DNA of 64,000 bases from a virus (taxonomy: Duplodnaviria > Caudoviricetes). Below, one piece after another: positions 43,922-55,153 of the stretch (position 1 is its first letter; each line of letters starts with the position of its first letter). The translations under genes and the position numbers were made by a program. The stretch lies in IMG/VR virus record IMGVR_UViG_3300021400_000130, positions 1-64,000 of that record. One strand, 5' to 3'. The notes beneath the pieces are model-generated. The model searched no databases. It saw only the letters and a list, made by a program, of their open reading frames with translations, and had not been told where the DNA came from.

Positions 43922-45469
43922 TTGAATAGAAATACAGTATTAGAAGCTGCAAGATCCTGGTTAGGTTTCAAAGAATACGACGGATCATTCAAAGTTATAA
44001 TTGATACTTATAATAGTATTGTTCCATTACCTGCTGGATATAGGCTAAGTTATTCTGATCCTTGGTGTGCTGCATTTGTATCCGCAGTTGGCAAAAAAGT
44101 TAATGCAAATGATATCATATATCCCGAATGTAGTTGTGACAGAATGATTCAACTATATCAGAGAAATGGAAGATGGATGGAAGATGATTCATATATTCCA
44201 AAGCCAGGTGACATCATTTTCTATGACTGGAACGATTCAGGTTCAGGAGATAATTATGGAGGTTCGGATCACGTAGGAATTGTTTATTCCGTTGTAGGTT
44301 CGACAATGACAATAATTGAAGGAAACTGCAGTGATTCTGTATGTTTTACAACCAGGACAGTAAATCAGAGATTTATTAGAGGATATGGTCTGCCTAAGTA
44401 TAGCGATTCCATTGACACAGTTCCGTCAACTCCTGCTATAACAGTTCCGCAAACAAATATGTCTGTTGGTAGTAAAGTTAAAGTCACAGGAAGTTCCTGG
44501 TATACCGGAGCCTCAATACCACAGTGGGTGAAGGATGATACTTGGATAATCTTATGTATGAATGGTGACCGTGTTGTTCTGGACAAGAATATTTCTGGAA
44601 CAAGAAGTATAATGTCTCCTATAAATATTAAGGACATTGTTCTTGCTGACAGTTCTACTACCACAAATGTTGTAAATACAAAACCTACCGTTTCTGTTAT
44701 CACTTCAAGTAATATGACCGAAAAAGAAATGTGGGATTACTTGATGTCTGTGTACAATAATAAATATGGTGTAGCTGGTATAATGGGTAACCTTTATGCA
44801 GAAAGCGGACTAATATCCACAAATCTTGAAAACCAATATGAATCTAAATTGGGATATACAGACTTAACTTATACACAGAGTGTTGATAATGGAACTTATA
44901 CAAACTTTGTAAATGACAGTGCTGGTTATGGATTAGCTCAATGGACTTACTGGTCTTTAAAGAAAGGCTTGTATAACTATGCTAAGTCCATCAAGAAATC
45001 AATTGGCGATGCTAGAATGCAATTAGAATTTTTAGTTTCTGAATTTGCTTCTCTTCCTTCAATTGTTTCTGCAATTAAGAATGCAACTAATATCAGAACT
45101 CCTTCCGATATTATACTAACACAGTATGAAAGACCTGCAAATCAATCAGAAGCTGTTAAAGTTGCAAGAGCTAACTTTGGTCAAAATTATCTTAACAAGT
45201 ATGGAAATAGTACAACTGTTACACCTCCTTCTAATGAAACTAACATAACTCCTTCTACTTCAAAAGAATATTTTGTAGGTGACGTTGTAAACTTTACAGG
45301 AAGTAAACATTATGTTAGCTCTTATCTGGATTTAGGATTCAGTTGTAGACCTGGAAAAGCAACAGTAACTATTATAAACAAAAAAGGTAAACATCCTTAT
45401 CATCTCATAAGAACAGCGGATGGCGGATCAACTGTTTACGGATGGGTTGACTCAGGAACATTTAACTAA
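43922..45469 (+). CDS. Endolysin: CHAP/NlpC-like amidase plus phage tail-lysozyme-like domain
   Basis: PWCAAFVS, GDIIFYDW, DHVGIV, IEGN; GIMGNLYAESG, GYGLAQWT, YERPA. Confidence 0.9.
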   Translation: MNRNTVLEAARSWLGFKEYDGSFKVIIDTYNSIVPLPAGYRLSYSDPWCAAFVSAVGKKVNANDIIYPECSCDRMIQLYQRNGRWMEDDSYIPKPGDIIFYDWNDSGSGDNYGGSDHVGIVYSVVGSTMTIIEGNCSDSVCFTTRTVNQRFIRGYGLPKYSDSIDTVPSTPAITVPQTNMSVGSKVKVTGSSWYTGASIPQWVKDDTWIILCMNGDRVVLDKNISGTRSIMSPINIKDIVLADSSTTTNVVNTKPTVSVITSSNMTEKEMWDYLMSVYNNKYGVAGIMGNLYAESGLISTNLENQYESKLGYTDLTYTQSVDNGTYTNFVNDSAGYGLAQWTYWSLKKGLYNYAKSIKKSIGDARMQLEFLVSEFASLPSIVSAIKNATNIRTPSDIILTQYERPANQSEAVKVARANFGQNYLNKYGNSTTVTPPSNETNITPSTSKEYFVGDVVNFTGSKHYVSSYLDLGFSCRPGKATVTIINKKGKHPYHLIRTADGGSTVYGWVDSGTFN

Positions 45470-45479
45470 GGAGTAACAA

Positions 45480-45836
45480 ATGGAATTCATTTCCTTATAT
45501 GGTAATCAGATAATCTTTACATTACTTACAGGTATACTAACTGCAATAGGTACCTGGATAGGAAAAAAGTATCAAGAAATATGTAATGATAAAATTAAAA
45601 GAGATACAGTAAAGACTTGTGTGAATGCTGTTGAACAACTTTACCCCGATATGTTAGGGGAAGAAAAATATATAAAAGCAACTGAATCTATAAAAGAGAT
45701 TCTGTATAACAAGAATATTGCTATAACAGATCTTGAAATAAAAATGCTGATAGAAGAACAGTGTAATAGATTTAATCAATTCAAAAATATGAATAAAGAA
45801 AAACATTCTACTGAAGGAGAAAATTATAAACAATGA
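45480..45836 (+). CDS. Holin, LL-H family-like
   Basis: One TM, V.AVEQLY...GEEK. Confidence 0.7.
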   Translation: MEFISLYGNQIIFTLLTGILTAIGTWIGKKYQEICNDKIKRDTVKTCVNAVEQLYPDMLGEEKYIKATESIKEILYNKNIAITDLEIKMLIEEQCNRFNQFKNMNKEKHSTEGENYKQ

Positions 45837-46144
45837 ATATTACTCAAATTTGTTCCCTTGCTATTTTACTAGTGTTTGCTATTATTTCAGCTTTTGTTGT
45901 TCCTGTATTAAAGCAAAAGTTAGGTCAAGAGAAGCTGAATAAAATTCTTATGTATGTTGAAATTGCAGTTGCAGCTGCAGAACAACTATACAATGCAGAT
46001 CAAGGTGCGGAAAAGAAAGCATATGTTCTTGCCTATCTGAATGAAGAATTAGCAAAACATGGTCTTGTTGTTGACATGGAAACTCTTGAAAATCTAATTG
46101 AGTCTCAAGTGCTAATACTTCACAATCAGTTAAAGAATGAATAA
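45833..46144 (+). CDS. Holin, LL-H family-like
   Basis: One TM, AVAAAEQLY...GAEKKAYV...IES.V. Confidence 0.75.
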   Translation: MNITQICSLAILLVFAIISAFVVPVLKQKLGQEKLNKILMYVEIAVAAAEQLYNADQGAEKKAYVLAYLNEELAKHGLVVDMETLENLIESQVLILHNQLKNE

Positions 46145-46160
46145 TTTATTCTAACGGTTT

Positions 46161-46194
46161 AAAACGCTCTCTTTATTTGAGAGCGTTTTTTTTT
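46161..46194 (+). terminator. Rho-independent terminator
   Basis: AAAACGCTCTC/GAGAGCGTTTT and T run. Confidence 0.85.
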
Positions 46195-46297
46195 AATTGA
46201 TAAAATTTTTAATTGTTCTACAGACACTTTTAATTTCTGCTAAATTATTATGTTAGTTTATTGTATAATAATGTAACACCATAAAGAGGTACAAACA

Positions 46298-46669
46298 ATG
46301 AAATTTATACTAAAGGAAAGTCTTAATACAATTTATTATACTTTATTCCCTTCTTGGAACGGAGAAGGAGAAGTTGAGTGGGAATATAGTCCAACTCTTG
46401 ATGATGAAAAAAGATTTACAGATGTAATAATGAAAACATACTCCAAAGACACTCTTGAAGAACTTTTAAAAGATGCTCTTTCGGATGATTATTCAAATCT
46501 TGAGATAGAAGAACAGACAGCAGAATTAAGAGATCTTGTATTTGAAAATCTTGATTTATTTGATGAAGATGCTTATGACTTCTTCTACGATGATGCCCTT
46601 GAAGATTATGAAGAGCAATCTTCTTACGGTAATGATAACGGATCCGGAATGTCGGACAGAGATTTTTAA
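46298..46669 (+). CDS. Acidic protein, candidate internal head protein
   Basis: N-terminal MKFILKES (L-x-E). Confidence 0.6.
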   Translation: MKFILKESLNTIYYTLFPSWNGEGEVEWEYSPTLDDEKRFTDVIMKTYSKDTLEELLKDALSDDYSNLEIEEQTAELRDLVFENLDLFDEDAYDFFYDDALEDYEEQSSYGNDNGSGMSDRDF

Positions 46670-46680
46670 GGAGATTAACT

Positions 46681-48309
46681 ATGAATATTGATAAGATTAT
46701 GGAAGATATTCATCAGCTGTTACCTTCTACATGTGAGATGGATGATCTGTCATGGAATAATGAAGGAACAATGATGAGAACTCGTGTGTATAAAGTTAAC
46801 ATGAGCAAGATTCCAAAGCCTTTTGACCCTAATAGATATATTGAAGCGGTTTCTCCAATTTCTAGTGAAACAAAGAGGAGAATAAAAGCATACTTGCAGA
46901 ATAATGCTCTAGAGTATGAGTTTGGTACAGACTGGGAGGGCTATCCTACTCTTAAAATCTGGGAAGAAGCAGATATGATGGAAGATATACGGAAAAAGAG
47001 AAAAGACACAGCAGGTTTCTTTTCCACCTTGTTCCCCGGAGATCCTGAGAAAGATGCAAAAAGATTTAACAATAGTGTAAAAGATTGTGAAACTCCTGAA
47101 GTTTCGGATAGCGGTTCTTCTCCTGCTATTTCTGAAAGTTTCTCCGACACAAATTGGATGTATATATCTGATGTCATTGAAGGAATGATGGGCAACATGG
47201 ACGATGACGACATTGATAGAGATCTAAGAATATTCAAAAGAATAGCTCAGAAATTACAGGTTCGTAATATGGACGATGTTGTCGTTGTTATTGATAGCGA
47301 TTCAGAATATGATCCTCAGTATTATATAACTGAAGTTGGTCAAAAAGTAGGACCTGTTTATAAAAACTCTGATGATTTGATTGAATATGAACTATTTGGA
47401 TCACACCTTATTGCTGAAAATCATCCTAATGGTCTATTCTTATATTTTAGAGATAGTGCTTCCGCAAAGAAGTATATTGAAGCTGTAGAAAAACTTAATG
47501 AAAGTTTTTCCAATCACCGTTCTTTAACTGAAAGCTCTGATAGAACTGCCCTTATTGATAAGATTAAATCTTTTGGTAAGAACTATGACTTCGATAAGTA
47601 TACTGACCAACAGCTATTTAGAATTGTTAATAGATTGAAAGACAAAGCAGAAATAGAGGACGTCATGAAAGAATTTGCTGAAAAAAGAAAACAGAATGAG
47701 CAAAGAAAGTACGATTCAGAATATGACATTCCCGACGAAACTTATGTAGAAGAAGCTTTAACAGTAAGAGATAAACTAAGCCGTTTAGATGAACAATGTT
47801 TGGACAACGGAAGATATCTTGATCTTAGAAATTTGTTTGAAGCTGTTTCTCCTACAATGACACCTGAGGAAAAAGAAGAACTAAGAAAAGTAGTTAATGC
47901 TACAAATGATCCCGATATTATCTCTGCTTATCTGAATGGAAAATATGAAGAAAAAGACGAAAGTTTACAAGAAGATTTTGAATCTAATCTTTTCAGAAAA
48001 CTTGAATGGGCTGTTGGAGACTTCCTTGAATTCTGCGAAGCTGTTGAATGGGCATTTCCTGAAGGCCTAATCTTTGATGGATGGAAAGACTGGATAGATG
48101 ATAATGCAATGTCACTTCCTGAAGAGTCTGTAGAGAGCGCCGAAATCCTACTTAATGAATATAAACATCTATATGAGGTGAATAAAGAGTTACAGGATCA
48201 TGAAGTAGATGATTGGGAAACAAACGCTTTTCTTGAGTTATATGAAAATATGCGTTCTGCTTATGATGCAGCAATAGAAGAGTGGGAAAAGAACCACGCA
48301 GGAGAGTAA
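46681..48309 (+). CDS. Acidic modular protein, candidate internal head protein
   Basis: Repeated (L/I/V/M)-x-E sites: IMED, ISES, LNES, LTES, VEEA, LQED. Confidence 0.6.
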   Translation: MNIDKIMEDIHQLLPSTCEMDDLSWNNEGTMMRTRVYKVNMSKIPKPFDPNRYIEAVSPISSETKRRIKAYLQNNALEYEFGTDWEGYPTLKIWEEADMMEDIRKKRKDTAGFFSTLFPGDPEKDAKRFNNSVKDCETPEVSDSGSSPAISESFSDTNWMYISDVIEGMMGNMDDDDIDRDLRIFKRIAQKLQVRNMDDVVVVIDSDSEYDPQYYITEVGQKVGPVYKNSDDLIEYELFGSHLIAENHPNGLFLYFRDSASAKKYIEAVEKLNESFSNHRSLTESSDRTALIDKIKSFGKNYDFDKYTDQQLFRIVNRLKDKAEIEDVMKEFAEKRKQNEQRKYDSEYDIPDETYVEEALTVRDKLSRLDEQCLDNGRYLDLRNLFEAVSPTMTPEEKEELRKVVNATNDPDIISAYLNGKYEEKDESLQEDFESNLFRKLEWAVGDFLEFCEAVEWAFPEGLIFDGWKDWIDDNAMSLPEESVESAEILLNEYKHLYEVNKELQDHEVDDWETNAFLELYENMRSAYDAAIEEWEKNHAGE

Positions 48310-48313
48310 ACAT

Positions 48314-49351
48314 ATGAAAGTAAATAATCTTAATGAATACTGGGACAAAATTGAAGACACTCCTTATTATAAAGTAGCCTCTAAACCTGTTATGGATAGT
48401 GACGGGTTTTGGACGGAATACACAATGTATTACAACGAGGACGAAGATAATTATTTCTTCATTTTTGGAGACAGTGATTTATATGGTCCCGATCCTGCAT
48501 ACGCTGATTGGGAATGTGAAACAAATGAGGAAGCTGTTGAATGGTACAATAGCTACAATGGATTTGAAGATGAGGATGAGGACAGCTCTGATTCTTTTGA
48601 ACTAGATGATGAAGATGTTGACGAGAGTTTAGAAGAAAAATTAACAATAGACGAAGATTTGTTTGATATTGTGGAACTTCCTCAGGCTGACCCTACTCCC
48701 GATCTTCCAGTAGTTGAAACAGATTCGGAACCTAGTAAAGAAGTTGCAAACCAAGGACCAGAATTTGGTGTAGCTGATCTACTTAACAATTTAATTTCTT
48801 CAAACTGGGATTTAAATAGCTCTTACAATGAGTTAATTGTTAACGCAGAAGCAAACAGTATGAATGATATTGCTAATGTAGCAAAAGATATATCTGCTGA
48901 TATAAATAATCACATTGGAAAATTACAAGCAGCTCTTTCTACTATCTGCCCAAGTGTTGAGAATATAAGTGTAGGAGAGGAAGAAGCAGCACAACAACTT
49001 GAACCTTCTGCTCCTGAAGTAAATGAAGCTTTATCTGATGAGGACAAAGAACGTCTAGAAAGAAAAGGAACTGTCAGTAGAAAAATAGTTCAAAAACTAA
49101 ACAATATTGTATCAAAATACAATGGCTGGCACGAGCCTTCTGAAATTCGTCACATGTGGGAAGAGCTTACAGACGAAGGCGTAGAAGTCGGAATGATCTC
49201 AGGATACGGTCAACAAGCTGCTGATGGCGGGAGAAGTTGGACTGTTGATTGGTCATTAGAAGGAATACCTGTTATGAACAGTATGTTTGTTTATTCGTTC
49301 TACGAACCACAAGAAGAATCAAAGAATGAGTACTTAATGTATTTTTCCTAA
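48314..49351 (+). CDS. Acidic modular protein, candidate internal head protein
   Basis: MKVNNLNE; internal SLEE and VNEA. Confidence 0.6.
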   Translation: MKVNNLNEYWDKIEDTPYYKVASKPVMDSDGFWTEYTMYYNEDEDNYFFIFGDSDLYGPDPAYADWECETNEEAVEWYNSYNGFEDEDEDSSDSFELDDEDVDESLEEKLTIDEDLFDIVELPQADPTPDLPVVETDSEPSKEVANQGPEFGVADLLNNLISSNWDLNSSYNELIVNAEANSMNDIANVAKDISADINNHIGKLQAALSTICPSVENISVGEEEAAQQLEPSAPEVNEALSDEDKERLERKGTVSRKIVQKLNNIVSKYNGWHEPSEIRHMWEELTDEGVEVGMISGYGQQAADGGRSWTVDWSLEGIPVMNSMFVYSFYEPQEESKNEYLMYFS

Positions 49352-49364
49352 GGAGAATAAATAG

Positions 49365-50663
49365 ATGAAGATTAAGAAATTAGTAGAAGAAATTACTAAC
49401 TTTGATAATATTAAAGATCTTAAAGTAGTAACTGATCCTATAACTGGTGATGCAATTGAGGCTTCTAAGAAAGCCCAAGATGAATTTGATAAAGTTACAA
49501 CACCATTCAAGAAACCCATTACAGGTACAAAAGACGATGAGAAGTCAAAGGCGGCAGACCTGAAAGAGGCTATTGAAAGTGATGGATGGGAATTAGAGGA
49601 TTCTCACATATCAGAAGTCCTTATGAGATGTGCTGCTCTTAAGTATGAGATTGACAACTGTGTCAGAGGTAGCTATGAGACCAAGGGTGCTGATACCTAT
49701 AGTGAGCTTGCTGTTTATGTTCGTGATCTTGCTAACGATTTGATGGACTGTGCTGAAGAACTAGCAGAGATGGACAACGATATCGGGTATGATAAAGATC
49801 ATTTTCTTGATGAAAGTTTTGATTGGTCAAACGGAAGTTTACAAGACTTTGATCCAGAAGATTTGATGGAGAAAGTAAAGAAACGTCAAATGTCGTTATT
49901 TACTCGTAGAGAGTTTGGAGATAAAGTATACGACATTTCTATTCATCCTCATGGTCGTGTTGATCAACCTACTGATATATGGATAGATATTATCTCTGAA
50001 GACGAGCAAGGTAATCAAGACAGAACATTCCTGAAGAAATTCTTAACTTATGACGAAGCTATTAACGCTATGAAAGAATGGAAAGAAAAAATAGTTGACT
50101 CTCAAGTAGACTCTGTTGTTAAAGAAGCTTTAGGAGAAGATGACTCTGACCCTATGGACTCAAAACTTTCTGATAAAGAGTCTGATATTCAACTAATAAT
50201 GTGGTACTTTGGTGTAGATCATCAAAAGGCTGAGGATAGATTGAACTCAGGTTTTTATAGCACAGCTGATATAGAAAAGGCAAAGAAATATCTAAATAAG
50301 AAACAAACTGCATCGTTAGAAGAAGATGGTCGTCAGAATAGATTAAATCTTACTCCAGAACAAAAAGCAGAAGAGAAAGCAATGGCAGCAACACTTTTTG
50401 ACCGTGTCTACAATGAATTAGAAAAAGACACAGATGGTTCAAAAAATCGTGTAAATAGGAAAGCTTCTCAAAGATATAATACGGAAGATATTTCAACTGA
50501 TGTAAATGGGAATATTGTTGTTTATTCCGATAGCAGAGATAAACTACAGAATGCAGTTAATGTTGCTAAAGAATATAACCTTCAGTATAAATTAGGTCCT
50601 GGTAGTATGAGAAATAAGGCTCATGCTTTCCAGTGTGTACTGTTCATCCCTGAAGAAGAATAA
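49365..50663 (+). CDS. Acidic modular protein, candidate internal head protein
   Basis: MKIKKLVEE; internal LKEA, LDES, VKEA, LEED. Confidence 0.6.
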   Translation: MKIKKLVEEITNFDNIKDLKVVTDPITGDAIEASKKAQDEFDKVTTPFKKPITGTKDDEKSKAADLKEAIESDGWELEDSHISEVLMRCAALKYEIDNCVRGSYETKGADTYSELAVYVRDLANDLMDCAEELAEMDNDIGYDKDHFLDESFDWSNGSLQDFDPEDLMEKVKKRQMSLFTRREFGDKVYDISIHPHGRVDQPTDIWIDIISEDEQGNQDRTFLKKFLTYDEAINAMKEWKEKIVDSQVDSVVKEALGEDDSDPMDSKLSDKESDIQLIMWYFGVDHQKAEDRLNSGFYSTADIEKAKKYLNKKQTASLEEDGRQNRLNLTPEQKAEEKAMAATLFDRVYNELEKDTDGSKNRVNRKASQRYNTEDISTDVNGNIVVYSDSRDKLQNAVNVAKEYNLQYKLGPGSMRNKAHAFQCVLFIPEEE

Positions 50664-50677
50664 AGGAAGTATTTAGA

Positions 50678-51127
50678 ATGTATAGAGTTGACCAACACAA
50701 AAATATCTATTTAAGTAGAGGCGACGATTTCAGCTATACATTCCCCGTTTATGTTGATAATGAAACAACAGCATACCACTTTGAACAAGATGACGGTTGT
50801 ATGCTGTTTTTCTATATTTTTCTTCCTAATTCTATCAACTATGAATTTGTATTAAGAAAAACATTCAAGACAGACGGAGAAATTATTACTGAAATAGTTG
50901 ATGAATATGAATCCGAAGTTACAACAGGAAATGACAATGTTGATAAAAACGGTAACATTATTGTTAGATTAACTCCTAGTGACACAATGTCAATTCGTCC
51001 CGGTCAGTATAAATATCAAATAAGAGTACAAGTACTTGACAAGGATAATAATCTTGTATTAAAAACAGTTACCAATAGAAAAGATTTTTATGTAATTGAG
51101 GATGATTATAGCGACAGAGTGTGGTAA
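50678..51127 (+). CDS. BppU-like structural protein
   Basis: IYLSRGDD...L.PSDT....PGQYKYQI. Confidence 0.55.
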   Translation: MYRVDQHKNIYLSRGDDFSYTFPVYVDNETTAYHFEQDDGCMLFFYIFLPNSINYEFVLRKTFKTDGEIITEIVDEYESEVTTGNDNVDKNGNIIVRLTPSDTMSIRPGQYKYQIRVQVLDKDNNLVLKTVTNRKDFYVIEDDYSDRVW

Positions 51128-53178
51128 TATACAAAGGAAGTGAGCAGACTTTGCCTGACACACTAAATATAGATTACTCAGTCATACAAAAAGAATTAAA
51201 CAATCTTTCAGAGGAAGAAAAACAACTAGCAATACAGATATTGCAACAGTATTCTCAATCTGGATCTTCTGAAGTCTATAAAGATTTAATCTATCAAGAT
51301 TACGCAGAAATACCTGTTGATATAGAAACATTTCTATATGATGAAGAATACTTAGGCAAGAGTCTTATAAACTCAGAAGGAAAGAAAACAGTATATCCTT
51401 ACTGGGTAGAAACACTTAAAAAAATTTTTCCAAACAATGTAGACACAAGTTACAATACACTTGCTTTAACAGGTTCAATTGGTATTGGTAAGTCTTTTGT
51501 AGCTGTTCTGTGTATGCTTTATCAATTATACAGAATGATGTGTTTGAAAGACCCTTACTTACACTACGGGTTACAGCCAATTGATAAAATTACGTTTGCA
51601 TTTATCAATATAACAATGGATGCGGCAGCAGGTGTTGGTTGGCAGAAGTGTCAAGAGTTACTACAGAATTCACCTTGGTTTATGAAACGGGGTGCAGTTT
51701 CCGGAAATACAAACATTGTTTGGGTTCCGCCTGAAGGAATTGATTTATTATATGGTTCATTACCAAGACACATTCTAGGTCGTGCAGTATTTGCTTGCTT
51801 CTGCGATGAGATTTCTTTCGTTCCTACACAAGATGTAGAAATGCAGAAGAAGAAAGCAAAAGAACTAGTTAGTGCTGCTAGTGCTCGTATGCAATCTCGT
51901 TTTATGCACGGAGAGTATAATCCTACTCTGCTCATTCTTGCATCTTCTAAAAGAACTGAACAATCCTATATGGAAACATTCATACAAGGCAAGAAAAAGA
52001 ATGAGAGTAAAACAACATATATTGTAGACGAGCCACAGTGGGTTATTAGAACCGATAAAAATAGTAGTGTTAAATTTAAAGTAGCAGTTGGAAATAAGTT
52101 TCTGGACAGCGAAGTTGTTCCTCTAGATGCAACAGAAGAAGATATCCAAGCGTACCGGGACAGAGGATATACTTTACTAGATGTCCCAATGGGCTATTAC
52201 GAAAACTTTGTTGATGATATTAATATTGCATTAACAGATATCGCAGGAATTTCTACTTCGGGAACTACAAAATATATTGCTGGTAGTAGACTTGCAGCTA
52301 TTAGAAATGATAATAGAAAGAATCTATTTACAAAAGAATTAATAACTGTGGGCGATGGTCCTAATGATACCGCACAGTATTATGACTTTATTGATAAGAC
52401 TAGAATAGATTCTGTGCTAAAATCAAGACCGTTGTATATACACCTTGATATGTCGTTAACAGGAGACGCAACTGGTATTGGTGGCGTCTGGATAAATGGT
52501 AAGAAACCAACCAAACCTGGTGAGGATCCGTCTAAAGATCTTTACTATACACTTGCATTTCATGTTAGTGTTAAAGCTCCAAAAGGATGCCAAGTCTCAT
52601 TTGAGAAAAATAGAAATTTTATAAGATGGTTAAGAAATGAAGGTTTCAATATAAAAGGACTTTCAGCAGATACTTTCCAATCTTATGATTTGTTACAAGT
52701 TCTAAAAGCAGAGCATTTTAATACTTCAATTATTTCCGTTGATAGAGTTGATAGAGAACAAAGAGTGTGTCTTCCGTATCTAACTCTAAAAAATGCTATC
52801 TATGAACAGCGTCTGGATATGTATCCTACAACAAGACTTGTAGAAGAATTAATAAGTCTTGAAAAAGACGGAAATGGTAAGATAGATCACCCACCTATGT
52901 TTTCAAAAGACGCGGCTGACGGAATATGTGGAGCACTATATAATGCTTCACAACACGCGGAGGAATTTTCTTTTGAATGGGGAGATACTATACAGACTAC
53001 AATTGATGTTAGCTCTAGCGGTGTCGAACTTGATAAGAAACAAATTGTATTAAATTTTGAAGAAGAGCTAAAGAAACTAGACCCAACACAATCAGAAAAA
53101 TCATCTTTCATAGATTTTGGAATGGGAAAAGCACAGGACCTCTATTCTTCATATCTATTGAATGGAATTATCTTGTAA
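51121..53178 (+). CDS. Terminase large subunit
   Basis: Walker A TGSIGIGKS, Walker B FCDE, RNase H-like HLDMS..GD and IDHP...KDAAD. Confidence 0.92.
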   Translation: MVIYKGSEQTLPDTLNIDYSVIQKELNNLSEEEKQLAIQILQQYSQSGSSEVYKDLIYQDYAEIPVDIETFLYDEEYLGKSLINSEGKKTVYPYWVETLKKIFPNNVDTSYNTLALTGSIGIGKSFVAVLCMLYQLYRMMCLKDPYLHYGLQPIDKITFAFINITMDAAAGVGWQKCQELLQNSPWFMKRGAVSGNTNIVWVPPEGIDLLYGSLPRHILGRAVFACFCDEISFVPTQDVEMQKKKAKELVSAASARMQSRFMHGEYNPTLLILASSKRTEQSYMETFIQGKKKNESKTTYIVDEPQWVIRTDKNSSVKFKVAVGNKFLDSEVVPLDATEEDIQAYRDRGYTLLDVPMGYYENFVDDINIALTDIAGISTSGTTKYIAGSRLAAIRNDNRKNLFTKELITVGDGPNDTAQYYDFIDKTRIDSVLKSRPLYIHLDMSLTGDATGIGGVWINGKKPTKPGEDPSKDLYYTLAFHVSVKAPKGCQVSFEKNRNFIRWLRNEGFNIKGLSADTFQSYDLLQVLKAEHFNTSIISVDRVDREQRVCLPYLTLKNAIYEQRLDMYPTTRLVEELISLEKDGNGKIDHPPMFSKDAADGICGALYNASQHAEEFSFEWGDTIQTTIDVSSSGVELDKKQIVLNFEEELKKLDPTQSEKSSFIDFGMGKAQDLYSSYLLNGIIL

Positions 53179-53199
53179 GCAGTTTACAAAGGAGTTACA

Positions 53200-55122
53200 A
53201 TGGACGAAATAAAAGATCAAAATTCAGTATTTGCTGATGGTACTGATATATATGGAACTAGAATAAATCCTGTTCCTGCTCCTCAGAAGACAATCGGAGC
53301 TGATACTTCGGGCGAATTCTATGATGCTCTTATTAATGGTGTTAAATCAAGTATGATGGACATCAGTAAGTTGGAGTCCTTCAGTCAAGTTTCTCAGAAT
53401 AGAGAGATGCTATATGAAGTAATTGACACTATGTGTGAAGATACTACAATAGCTGCAGCACTTGAAATATATTCTGAGGACTCTACTGAAACAGCTGAGA
53501 CTGGAAGAATAGTATGGTGTCAGTCCGACGATGAAGCAGTTTCGAAATATATCACATATCTATTAGATGTGTTGAATGTTGATAAGAATATATTTAAATG
53601 GGTATACTGTTTGTGCAAATATGGGGATCTTTATTTACGTCTTTATAGAGAATCTGACATGGAGGATAAACTGTTCGCAACTGAGTCCAATTCTGAGCAT
53701 AGAAAAGATCTAAGAGAACAGTTTGAACATTTAGATGATCCAAAAGAACCTGTAAATGAATCTGTTACAGTACATGCTTATAATGCTAATGACAGATATG
53801 CCCAGTATGTCGAGATGGTACCAAACCCCGCAGAGATGTTTGAGTTAACAAAGTTTGGAAAGACTTATGCTTATATCAAAGCCCCTGTTAGAAATGGTGT
53901 AGAAAGAACACAAGATTCTATAAGTGTTCCGATGTGGAGATATATGTTTAAGAAGAGCGATGTTTCTGTTTACGATGCTACTACATTTGTTCACGCTTCT
54001 CTTGAGGACGATTTTCAAAGATTTCCCGAATATGTTGATATATTCTTAGACGACAACATTGAAAATACTGGCGAGGATAATAAACTAAGTTATACAGTTC
54101 GTCATGGTCAGTCAATACTATATTCTGTTTATAAACTTTGGAGATCCTTAACACTGTTGGAGAATTCATTACTTCTTAACAGGTTAACAAAGAGCTCAGT
54201 ATTGAGAATTATAAATGTTGAAGTAGGAGATATGCCTAAAGAGAATGTTGGTAAACATATGATGGGCATAAAGGCGTTGTTTGAACAGAAAGCAGCTCTT
54301 GATACTGGAAACATAATGTCCGAGTATACAAATCCAGGACCTATGGAGAATTGTATTTATGTTCCTATTCATAATGGAATAGGAAATATTACTCCACAAC
54401 AAGTTGGCGGAGATGTTGATGTTAAAGGACTTAGCGACATTGATTATTTCAAGAATAAATTATACAGTGGTTTAAAGATTCCTAAACAGTATCTTGGTGA
54501 CACTGATGATAGCGCTGGGTTCAATGGTGGAACTGCACTTTCTTTAATTTCTTCTAGATACGCTAAAACAATAAAGAGGATTCAAAGTACTATAACTCAG
54601 TTAATTACTGATCTGATAAATTTAATGCTTTTGGATAAAGGTCTATTAGCTTATGTAAACAAGTTCACAATTAAAATGCAACCTCCAACAACACAAGAAG
54701 AGATTGATAGAAGAGACAACATGTCTTCTAAAGTAGGAGTTGCTCAAGACATCATGAACTTACTAGGCGACATTGAAGATCCTGTTCAGAAGTTAAAGAT
54801 ACTAAAGATATTACTTTCTGAGATTATAAGTGATCCCGAGGTAATAGATGTAGTACAAGAAGAAATTGATAGATTAGAAGCAACTCCAGAAATGGAAACA
54901 ACTGACGACGATGACTCCTCAATGGACATGGACATTAGTATGTCCGGTCCTAGAGGCCCAAGATCTTCACTCCCCATTGATAATATGAACATATCCCCCG
55001 AGGAGGGTTCAGAATCTGAATTTGGAGAAACTGAAGCTGAAGGATCACCAGAAGAGATGATCTCACAACTTCCTTCTCCAGCAGATTTAGGAATTGATAT
55101 GACAGACACAGCAAACATGTAA
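53200..55122 (+). CDS. Portal protein (T4 gp20-like)
   Basis: KYGD.Y, LENSLLLNR, VGDMPK, DIDYF.NKL...LKIP; follows the terminase. Confidence 0.9.
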   Translation: MDEIKDQNSVFADGTDIYGTRINPVPAPQKTIGADTSGEFYDALINGVKSSMMDISKLESFSQVSQNREMLYEVIDTMCEDTTIAAALEIYSEDSTETAETGRIVWCQSDDEAVSKYITYLLDVLNVDKNIFKWVYCLCKYGDLYLRLYRESDMEDKLFATESNSEHRKDLREQFEHLDDPKEPVNESVTVHAYNANDRYAQYVEMVPNPAEMFELTKFGKTYAYIKAPVRNGVERTQDSISVPMWRYMFKKSDVSVYDATTFVHASLEDDFQRFPEYVDIFLDDNIENTGEDNKLSYTVRHGQSILYSVYKLWRSLTLLENSLLLNRLTKSSVLRIINVEVGDMPKENVGKHMMGIKALFEQKAALDTGNIMSEYTNPGPMENCIYVPIHNGIGNITPQQVGGDVDVKGLSDIDYFKNKLYSGLKIPKQYLGDTDDSAGFNGGTALSLISSRYAKTIKRIQSTITQLITDLINLMLLDKGLLAYVNKFTIKMQPPTTQEEIDRRDNMSSKVGVAQDIMNLLGDIEDPVQKLKILKILLSEIISDPEVIDVVQEEIDRLEATPEMETTDDDDSSMDMDISMSGPRGPRSSLPIDNMNISPEEGSESEFGETEAEGSPEEMISQLPSPADLGIDMTDTANM

Positions 55123-55153
55123 TTTAGCCAATTATATTGGGAAAGGAAACAGA